Positions 37,380 to 44,856 of a stretch of DNA of 54,326 nucleotides are shown piece after piece. The notes beneath the pieces were generated by a model. The model ran no database searches and was not told the DNA's origin. It saw nothing but the letters and a program-made list of their open reading frames with translations. Source of the DNA: Candidatus Tepidifontimicrobium thermophilum (GTDB taxonomy: Bacteria > Sysuimicrobiota > Sysuimicrobiia > Sysuimicrobiales > Sysuimicrobiaceae); contig JAVKHO010000019.1 in the NCBI GenBank assembly GCA_031459915.1, positions 1 through 54,326 of the forward strand, given 5' to 3'. Position 1 is the first letter of the stretch. Each line of letters starts with the position of its first letter. The translations under genes were made by a program, and so were the position numbers.

Positions 37380-37883
37380 GTGTACCACCTGAGCGTGTTC
37401 CTGCACGTCCTGAGCGCCGTGGTGTGGGTCGGGGGGATGCTGTTCCTGGCTTTGGTGGCCGTCCCCGTCCTGCGGGGACTTCCGGACCGTCCCCGCGCCG
37501 ACCTGGTGGCCCGGATGGGAGAGCGCTTCCGGCCTGTGGCGTGGACCTGCATCGTCGTGTTGCTGGTGACCGGAATCCTGAACCTCGCCTACCGGGGCGT
37601 GAGCTGGGAGAGCGTGGCGACGGGGAGGCTATGGCAGAGCCCGTTCGGCCACGTGCTGGCGTGGAAGCTCGTCCTGGTGGCGGCCATGGTCGTGCTCAGT
37701 GCGTGGCACGACTTCCTCCTGGGCCCGGTCAGCGCGGAGTTGGCCCGGCGCGCCAACCCGGGCGACGAAAAACTCCACGCGGCCCTGCGGCGGCGGGCCG
37801 CGTGGGTGGGTCGGGTGAACGCGGTGCTGGCCCTGGGCGTGTTGGCCTCCGCGGTGATGTTGGTCCGCGGCCTTCCACGGTGA
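37380..37883 (+). CDS. CopD/DUF4149-like four-TM membrane protein
   Basis: HVLSAVVWVGGMLF, KLVLV...HDF motifs. Confidence 0.75.
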   Translation: MYHLSVFLHVLSAVVWVGGMLFLALVAVPVLRGLPDRPRADLVARMGERFRPVAWTCIVVLLVTGILNLAYRGVSWESVATGRLWQSPFGHVLAWKLVLVAAMVVLSAWHDFLLGPVSAELARRANPGDEKLHAALRRRAAWVGRVNAVLALGVLASAVMLVRGLPR

Positions 37884-37938
37884 GCCCTGACGAGTACAGC
37901 TGTGCTTGCCGTCCGCGTGGGACGGCACGCGTAAAAAC

Positions 37939-39276
37939 TCATGTCTTCGGGTCCACGACGGACGGGCTCGGTGATGGCTGCGGGGTGCGAACGAGTACCG
38001 CCACGATCCACGAGAAGGCGATCCCCGCAGCGTAGACCGCGCATCCCACGGCGAACAGGACAGCGGCCACCCGGGCGGGCGCTGCGCCGCCGGCGAGGAC
38101 AGCGGCCGGCAGGAGGCTGCCCCCGGAGGCTGTGAGGGCAAACGCGGTGACCCCCCACCGCGGGAAGTACGGCGCAGCAAGCCGCGGGACGTCGTAGGCG
38201 GACAGCCCTTGGGCGTACCGGTAGTACCACATGAGGAACGGTGTGACCTTGTACAGCTGGCCCATGATGGCCAGGGTGACCCAGCCGCACAGCACCAACA
38301 CGGCCGCCGCCGCGGCCAGGCGCCTCCCCTCCACAGGGAGCAGCCCTGCAGCCCACAGCAGCCCTGAGGCGCCGGCGAGGACCGTCTGCGCCGCGATGGC
38401 CCACCAGTGCCAGTTGGTGAGGTCGGGAGAGGTCTGCCGGGCTCCCCGCAGGAACCGGTACAGGTCCCCGGCGTAAGCGAGGGCGGCTGCGCTCAGGAAC
38501 AGCGTGGCCAGGCGAGCAAGCGCCGGGTCCCCGCGGACCGCCGCCAGCACGAACGACCCCACGGAGGCGTTGACGAGCCCCAGCAGCGGCACCACGCGCT
38601 TTTCGGGCAGGGTGCGGACCCCGGTGAACCGGGGCAGCAGGTAGTAGGACACCGCCACCACCAGCTGGACGAACCAGCCCACCAGCCCGGCCGCCGCGTG
38701 CACGCCGAGGCCGAGGTACGTGTACAGGGCCGGCCAGAAGCGCAAGTTCCAGTTGAGCGCCATCAGCCCGCCCCACAGGACGGTGAAGAACAGGAAGCCC
38801 AAGCTCAGCAGCACCCCCGTGGCGGGCGGGGGCCACCGCCGGCGGCGTGGAACCAGGCGCAGCAGCGCGGCCAGGAACACTATCACGGACAGGAGGACTA
38901 CCAGGCCCCCGACTGCAGCCCACCCGGGCCGGCCGGCCAGCAGGCCGAGGACCACCGCCAGGACCCCGGCCGCGGTGAGGCCGAACTGTACCACGGCGGC
39001 CGCGCCGGGTTTGGAGGAGACCCCGAGGACCGCGGGGAGCATCTGATGCAGGGCACCCATGGCCACCAGGGTACCCCAGCCGAGGGTGAGCAGGTGGTTG
39101 GCGGCCAGTACGGAGTAACTTCGCCACTCACCTGCCGCGAGCGCGGCGGATACCCACAGGACCATCAGCCCCGCGGCCGGCAGGAGCGCGCAGGCGGCGG
39201 CGGGGAACAGCGCGGCAGGGGTCATCCCCGGCAGGCCGGCCAGGGCTCGGAGACGCAGGTGCGGGCCCGTGTCCAT
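37939..39276 (-). CDS. Polytopic membrane protein with threefold H..GW repeat (NnrS / HCO-subunit-I-like)
   Basis: HLLTLGW...GALHQMLP; HAAAGLVGW...SYYLLP; VLCGW...GQLYKVTP; about 12 TM segments. Confidence 0.6.
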   Translation of the reverse strand: MDTGPHLRLRALAGLPGMTPAALFPAAACALLPAAGLMVLWVSAALAAGEWRSYSVLAANHLLTLGWGTLVAMGALHQMLPAVLGVSSKPGAAAVVQFGLTAAGVLAVVLGLLAGRPGWAAVGGLVVLLSVIVFLAALLRLVPRRRRWPPPATGVLLSLGFLFFTVLWGGLMALNWNLRFWPALYTYLGLGVHAAAGLVGWFVQLVVAVSYYLLPRFTGVRTLPEKRVVPLLGLVNASVGSFVLAAVRGDPALARLATLFLSAAALAYAGDLYRFLRGARQTSPDLTNWHWWAIAAQTVLAGASGLLWAAGLLPVEGRRLAAAAAVLVLCGWVTLAIMGQLYKVTPFLMWYYRYAQGLSAYDVPRLAAPYFPRWGVTAFALTASGGSLLPAAVLAGGAAPARVAAVLFAVGCAVYAAGIAFSWIVAVLVRTPQPSPSPSVVDPKT

Positions 39277-39377
39277 AATCGTCTTGCGTGCCCGCGCTAT
39301 CGTATCACGGGGGGCGACCGGGCTTGGTACGTCTGTTGCTCCAGGCCCGTCAGAAACGCCCGGGGGGAAACGTTGCT

Positions 39378-41660
39378 GTGGGGGAACGGGGCCGAAACGT
39401 TTGGGCCGCAGGGCCTCTGCTGACGCTGGCGGCGGCGGGGGCCGTAGAGCTCGTGGACCGGTTCTTGGTCCACATTCCCACTCCGGGAGTTGTCGTTCTG
39501 TTAGCGGCCGCTTACGCCGCCTACCTGGGAGGGTTCCGGGCTGGGCTCGCCAGCTCGCTGGTGGCGGTCCTGTACTCCGCGTGGACCCTGTCCGAGCCTG
39601 GAGCCGTGTTCCACTACGCGCCCGAAAGCGCGGTTCGGCTGGCGGTCCTCCTGGCTGCCACCCCCGGTACGGCGCTGCTGGTAGGGGTCCTTCGGGACCG
39701 GCTGGTGCGGGAGACCCTCCGGGCCGCGGAGCTGCACGCTGAGCACCGACGCCGCAGTCTGGAGGAAGCGTTCGGCGTGCTGTTCCGGCACAACCCGCTG
39801 CCCATGTGGGTGTACGACGTGGAAACTTTGCACTTCCTCGCGGTGAACCGGGCGGCGGTAGCCCATTACGGGTACAGCGAGGAGGAGTTCCTCCGCATGC
39901 GGATCACCGAGATCCGCCCGGAGGAGGACGTGCCCAGGTTGCTGGAGGACATCCGGCGTCCCCGCCCGGAGTTCCAGCAGTCCGGGGTATGGCGGCACCG
40001 GACCAAAGACGGCCGCGTGCTCCACGTGGAGGTGAGCTCCCACCGGCTGGAGTTCGCGGGCCGCCCGGCAGTGCTGGTGGTGGCCCAGGACGTCACGGAC
40101 CGCGTGCGGACGGAACAGGCCCTCCAGGAATCGGAGGAGATGTTCCGCAACCTGGTGGAACACTCGCCCCTGGGGGTCTTCGTCCTGCAAGACGGGCGCG
40201 CGGTGTACGTGAACCAGGCCGCCGCCGCCATCTTCGGCGACACCGTGGACCAGGCACTGGCCCTGCCGGCGGTGCGGGAGCGGGTGCACCCGGACGACTG
40301 GCCCACGGTGGAGCGTGAGCTCGGACGGGTCCTGGCCGGAGACGCGCCGCACGTTAGCTTCGCTGCCCGGGGGCTGCGGCGGGACGGCACCATGGTCCAC
40401 GTGGAGGTCCACGGAGTCCGGACCACCTTCCGTGGCCGGCCGGCGGTTCTGGGGACCCTGACCGACGTCACCGCGCGGCGGCGGGCCGAGGAAGCGCTGC
40501 GGGAGTCGGAGGAGAAGTTCCGGAGCCTCGTGGAGCAGTCCCTGGTAGGCGTGTACCTGATCCAGGACGGCGTGTTCCGCTACGTCAACCCGGCCCTAGC
40601 GACGATCTTCGGCTACACCCGACAGGAGCTGCTGGAGGGGATGGGTCCCAGGGACGTAACCCACCCAGAGGACTGGCCCCTGGTCCAGGAGAACCTGCGG
40701 CGTCGGCTGGAGGGCGAGGTGGAAGCGGTGCAGTACGGGTTCCGGGGTGTCCGAAAGGACGGCCGCGTAATCCACGTGGAGGTCCACGGCCGGCGCACCG
40801 TCTACGAGGGCCGGCCCGCGGTCATCGGAACCCTGGTGGACGTGACGGAGCGAAAGCAGGCGGAGGAGGCCCTGCGCGCCCTCACGCAGGAGCTGGAGGA
40901 GCGGGTGCAGGAGCGCACCGCCCAGCTGGAGGCAGCCAACCGAGAGCTGGAAGCGTTCAGCTACTCCGTGGCCCACGACCTGCGGGCTCCCCTCCGCAGC
41001 ATCGACGGGTTCAGCCAGGCCCTCTTGGAGGACTACGGGGGGCAGCTGGACGAGACCGGACAAGACTACCTGCGGCGGGTGCGGGCCGCGAGCCAGCGGA
41101 TGGGGGAGCTGATCGATGACCTGCTCAGGCTCTCGCGGGTGGCCCGGTCTCCCATGCAGCTGCAGGAGGTGGATCTCAGTGCCCTGGTGGCCCGCATCGG
41201 GGCGGAGCTGCGGCAGCGTGCGGCAGGGCGCGCGGTGGAGCTGCGGGTGCAGGCGGGCGTGGTCGCCCGGGCCGACCCTAAGCTCCTGGCGGTCGCCCTG
41301 GAGAACCTCCTGGACAACGCGTGGAAGTTCACTGCCCCTCGGCCGCAGGCGCTGGTGGAGTTCGGCGTGGTCCAGACCGAGGGCGGGCTCGCCTGTTTCG
41401 TGCGGGACAACGGCGTGGGGTTCGACCTGCGGTACGCGGACAAGCTGTTCGCCCCCTTCCAGCGGTTGCACAAACCGTCGGAGTTCCCGGGAACCGGGAT
41501 CGGGCTCGCCACGGTACAGCGCGTGGTGGCCCGTCATGGGGGGAAGGTGTGGGCGCAGGCGCAGGTGGACGGGGGTGCTACCTTCTACTTCACCCTACCG
41601 GGGTTGGAGGTGCGCGGTGCAGCCGAGACGGATCCTGCTGGTGGAGGACAACCCGGATGA
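39378..41660 (+). CDS. Membrane-anchored triple-PAS sensor histidine kinase
   Basis: 3-4 TM segments, three PAS/PAC repeats, FSYSVAHDLRAPLR, NLLDNAWKF, DNGVGF, GTGIGL; start approximate. Confidence 0.9.
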   Translation: MGERGRNVWAAGPLLTLAAAGAVELVDRFLVHIPTPGVVVLLAAAYAAYLGGFRAGLASSLVAVLYSAWTLSEPGAVFHYAPESAVRLAVLLAATPGTALLVGVLRDRLVRETLRAAELHAEHRRRSLEEAFGVLFRHNPLPMWVYDVETLHFLAVNRAAVAHYGYSEEEFLRMRITEIRPEEDVPRLLEDIRRPRPEFQQSGVWRHRTKDGRVLHVEVSSHRLEFAGRPAVLVVAQDVTDRVRTEQALQESEEMFRNLVEHSPLGVFVLQDGRAVYVNQAAAAIFGDTVDQALALPAVRERVHPDDWPTVERELGRVLAGDAPHVSFAARGLRRDGTMVHVEVHGVRTTFRGRPAVLGTLTDVTARRRAEEALRESEEKFRSLVEQSLVGVYLIQDGVFRYVNPALATIFGYTRQELLEGMGPRDVTHPEDWPLVQENLRRRLEGEVEAVQYGFRGVRKDGRVIHVEVHGRRTVYEGRPAVIGTLVDVTERKQAEEALRALTQELEERVQERTAQLEAANRELEAFSYSVAHDLRAPLRSIDGFSQALLEDYGGQLDETGQDYLRRVRAASQRMGELIDDLLRLSRVARSPMQLQEVDLSALVARIGAELRQRAAGRAVELRVQAGVVARADPKLLAVALENLLDNAWKFTAPRPQALVEFGVVQTEGGLACFVRDNGVGFDLRYADKLFAPFQRLHKPSEFPGTGIGLATVQRVVARHGGKVWAQAQVDGGATFYFTLPGLEVRGAAETDPAGGGQPG

Positions 41661-42060
41661 TGTGGCCCTGACCCTGCGGGCCCTCCGCGCCCACCGGGTA
41701 GCCAACGAGGTGGTGGTGGTGGAGGACGGCGTAGAAGCTCTGGAGTACCTGTTCGGCGAGGGCCGGTATGCAGGCCGGGACGTGCGCGACCTGCCCGCGG
41801 TGGTGCTCCTGGACCTGAAGCTCCCCCGGGTGGACGGGCTGGAGGTGCTGCGCCGCATCCGGGCGGACGACCGCACGCGGCTGGTCCCCGTGGTGATCCT
41901 CACCTCGTCTGAGGAAGAGCAGGACCTGCTGGCGGGCTACTCCCTGGGTGCGAACAGCTACGTGCGCAAGCCGGTGGACTTTCAGCAGTTCGTGGAGGCG
42001 GTGCGGCAGCTAGGGCTGTACTGGCTGCTGCTGAACGAAGCGCCCCCGCCGCCCCGGTGA
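41617..42060 (+). CDS. Single-domain response regulator (Rcp1-like)
   Basis: ILLVEDNPDD, LLDLKLP, LTSS, ANSYVRKPV. Confidence 0.9.
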   Translation: MQPRRILLVEDNPDDVALTLRALRAHRVANEVVVVEDGVEALEYLFGEGRYAGRDVRDLPAVVLLDLKLPRVDGLEVLRRIRADDRTRLVPVVILTSSEEEQDLLAGYSLGANSYVRKPVDFQQFVEAVRQLGLYWLLLNEAPPPPR

Positions 42061-42064
42061 CGCC

Positions 42065-43951
42065 ATGGCGCAGGAGCTTCCCCCCTCGGTGCTGCGTGCC
42101 CTGCTGGTGGAGGACCGCGACGATGACGCAGTGCTCCTGGTGCGGCTGCTCCAACGGGAGGGGTACGCGGTCCAGTGGGGGCGCGTGGACAGCGCCCAGG
42201 GCCTCGAGGCGGCGCTGGTGGAGGGTGTGTGGGACGTGGTGCTGTGCGACTTCCGCATGCCGGGATTCGACGCGCACCAGGCCCTGGGGATCGTCCGGGC
42301 CCGCGACCCCGACCTGCCGTTCATCGTGGTGTCGGGCACGGTGGGGGAAGAGATCGCCGTGGACATGATGCGGGCCGGCGCCAACGACTACGTGATGAAG
42401 GACAACCTCACCCGCTTGCCCGCGGCGGTGGCTCGGGAGCTGCGCGAGGCCGAGGACCGGCGGGCGCGGCGCTTCGCGGAAGCGCAGCTCCGGAGGCTGT
42501 CCCAGGCGGTGGAGCAGGGCCCCGCCATCGTGGTGGTGACCAACGCGCAGGGGCGGGTGGAGTACGTGAACCGCCGGTTCGTGGAGCTGACCGGGTTCAC
42601 CCCGGAGGAGGTGGTGGGCACGTCCGCACACCTCCTGGCGGAGCCCCCGGACCCGCAGGCCCGGGCGGAGCTGGAGCAGGCACTGGGCTCAGGGCGCTGG
42701 TGGCGGGGGGAAGCCCTGGTGCGGCGGAAGGACGGCAGCCGTTTCTGGGCGGTGTTCACCGTCTCCGCGGTGCGGGACCCCCGGGGCAACGTGGTCCACC
42801 ACGTAGTGGTGGCCGAAGACGTGACGCCCCTGAAGGAAGCCGAGCAGCGCGAGCGGGAACTGCGCCACCGGCTGGAGCGTCAGGTGGAACGCCTTCAGGC
42901 CCTGCGGGCGATCGACGTGGCCATCACGAGCAGCCTGGACCTGCAACTGACCCTCAACGTGTTGCTGGACCAGGTGACCACCCAGCTCCGCGTGGACGCG
43001 GCCTCCATTCTCCTCCGGGAGCCCGGGACCTACACCCTGCGGCCTGCGGCAGTCCGGAATCTGAAGACGGTGGGGCAGGAGCGGGTCCGGCTGGGCGAGG
43101 GCGCTGCGGGCGAGGCGGCGGTGCGGGGCGACCCTGTGCGCGTGCCGGACTTGGCGGAAGCACCGGGGCAACGGGAGCGGTGGCTGGCGGCCGAAGGGTT
43201 CCGGGCGTACTGCGCGCTACCCCTGGTGGTCAAGGGCGAGGCGGTAGGCCTCCTGGAGGTGCTGTCCCGTTCTGAGCTGCCGGAAGACCCCGACTGGTGG
43301 GGCTTTCTGGAGGCGGTGGCGGGGCAGGCGGCGGTGGCCGCGGACAACGCGCGACTGGTTGAGGAGCTGCGGCGTGCCAACCTCAACCTGCAGCTGGCCT
43401 ACGACGCCACCCTGGAGGGCTGGTCCCGGGCTCTGGACCTGCGGGACCGCGAGACCGAGGGGCACACCCAGCGGGTTGCGGACCTGACGGTGCGGCTGGC
43501 GCGGGCCATGGGGGTCCCGGAGAGCGCCATCGTGCACGTCCGGCGGGGCGCGCTGCTTCACGACGTCGGAAAACTCGGGATTCCGGACGCCATCCTCCTC
43601 AAGCCGGGCCCGCTCACCGAGGAAGAGTGGGACATCATGCGCAGGCACCCTGAGTACGCGTACCGCTGGCTGTCCAGCATCGAGTTCCTGCGCCCCGCTC
43701 TGGACATCCCGTACTGCCACCACGAGCGGTGGGACGGCAAGGGCTACCCGCGGGGGCTGCGGGGTGAGGAGATTCCTCTCGCGGCCCGCATCTTCGCGGT
43801 GGTAGACGTGTTCGACGCCCTGACTTCCGACCGGCCGTACCGCAAGGCCTGGAGCCGGGAGGAGGCGCTGCGTTACATCCGCGAGCAGGCCGGCTCCCAG
43901 TTTGACCCCCGGGTGGTCGAGGTTTTCCTGCGCGAGGTGGGCGAGCCCTGA
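42065..43951 (+). CDS. REC-PAS-GAF-HD-GYP cyclic-dinucleotide phosphodiesterase
   Basis: Receiver LVED..D..P; PAS; GAF; LHDVGK, HHERWDGKGYP, DALTSDRPYR. Confidence 0.9.
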   Translation: MAQELPPSVLRALLVEDRDDDAVLLVRLLQREGYAVQWGRVDSAQGLEAALVEGVWDVVLCDFRMPGFDAHQALGIVRARDPDLPFIVVSGTVGEEIAVDMMRAGANDYVMKDNLTRLPAAVARELREAEDRRARRFAEAQLRRLSQAVEQGPAIVVVTNAQGRVEYVNRRFVELTGFTPEEVVGTSAHLLAEPPDPQARAELEQALGSGRWWRGEALVRRKDGSRFWAVFTVSAVRDPRGNVVHHVVVAEDVTPLKEAEQRERELRHRLERQVERLQALRAIDVAITSSLDLQLTLNVLLDQVTTQLRVDAASILLREPGTYTLRPAAVRNLKTVGQERVRLGEGAAGEAAVRGDPVRVPDLAEAPGQRERWLAAEGFRAYCALPLVVKGEAVGLLEVLSRSELPEDPDWWGFLEAVAGQAAVAADNARLVEELRRANLNLQLAYDATLEGWSRALDLRDRETEGHTQRVADLTVRLARAMGVPESAIVHVRRGALLHDVGKLGIPDAILLKPGPLTEEEWDIMRRHPEYAYRWLSSIEFLRPALDIPYCHHERWDGKGYPRGLRGEEIPLAARIFAVVDVFDALTSDRPYRKAWSREEALRYIREQAGSQFDPRVVEVFLREVGEP

Positions 43952-43956
43952 AGCAG

Positions 43957-44008
43957 ATCGGGTGCGCGCCCGACCTGCCGAACCCGCGGAATCGGGTGTG
44001 CGCCCGAT
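43957..44008. promoter_or_regulatory. Two motif A sites upstream of the oxidase operon
   Basis: ATCGGG-TGCGCG-CCCGAC and ATCGGG-TGTGCG-CCCGAT, 34 nt apart. Confidence 0.6.
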
Positions 44009-44060
44009 GCCCCCAGCCGGCCCGGCCGTGCTGACTTAAGGTCAACCGCACGGCGAGCGG

Positions 44061-44852
44061 GTGCTGGCGATGCGTGTGGGCGTCCTCGCGGCGTGGTGGC
44101 TTGTCCTGACAGGACTGCTGGTGTGGGCCGCTTCCCGGTTTCAGGGGTTCCCCCTGGCCGCGGCCCGGGAGGCCGCGGTGGCCGACCACGCGTTCCGCTT
44201 CCTGATGCTCATGGCGAGCCCCGTGTTCACCCTGGTGATGGCGGCGTTGCTGTACAGCGTGCTCAGCCGGCGGGGACAGGGAGACCCTCCCGAACCGCCC
44301 CCCTACGTCCCGGAGCACCCCGCGGTCCCGCGGGTGTGGTTCGCCCTCACCGCCGCCCTCGCCGCTTACGTGATCTACAACCCGGGACTGGTGGGCCTCG
44401 CGGAGATGCGGGAAGTCCCCCTCAGCCAGTTACTGGGCAGCAGTCCCGGCGGCCGCGTGCGGCTGGCGAGCCTGGGCGGTGCGGAGGGGGATCTCGTGGT
44501 GCGGGTGCGGGCGAGCCGCTGGCTGTGGCAGTTCGAGTACCCCGAGCAGGGGATCGCCGCGCGGGAGCTCGTGCTGCCCGTTGGGCGTCGCGTCCGGTTC
44601 GAGGTCACCGCCACGGACATCGTGCACAGCTTCTGGGTCCCTGCCTTCCGGACGAAGATCGACGCGGTTCCCAACCTCACCACGTACCTGCACGTGACCC
44701 CGACCCGCACGGGGTCGTTCGAGGAGAGTGTGGACCTGCGGGTGCAGTGCGCGGAGCTGTGCGGCGTGGGCCACGCCCTCATGGCCTCCCCGGTTCGGGT
44801 GCTGGAGCCCGAGAAGTTCGACGCCTGGGTAGCGCAGCAGGCACGGAGGTGA
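44061..44852 (+). CDS. coxB: Heme-copper oxidase subunit II (CuA)
   Basis: WLWQFEYP, DIVHSFWVP, CAELCGVGHALM. Confidence 0.9.
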   Translation: MLAMRVGVLAAWWLVLTGLLVWAASRFQGFPLAAAREAAVADHAFRFLMLMASPVFTLVMAALLYSVLSRRGQGDPPEPPPYVPEHPAVPRVWFALTAALAAYVIYNPGLVGLAEMREVPLSQLLGSSPGGRVRLASLGGAEGDLVVRVRASRWLWQFEYPEQGIAARELVLPVGRRVRFEVTATDIVHSFWVPAFRTKIDAVPNLTTYLHVTPTRTGSFEESVDLRVQCAELCGVGHALMASPVRVLEPEKFDAWVAQQARR

Positions 44853-44856
44853 GCGG

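Noticed and set aside
44031..44045. CTGAC-TTAAG-GTCAA as an FNR box
   Set aside because: Spacer is 5 nt rather than 4; it may still be a site but cannot be assigned
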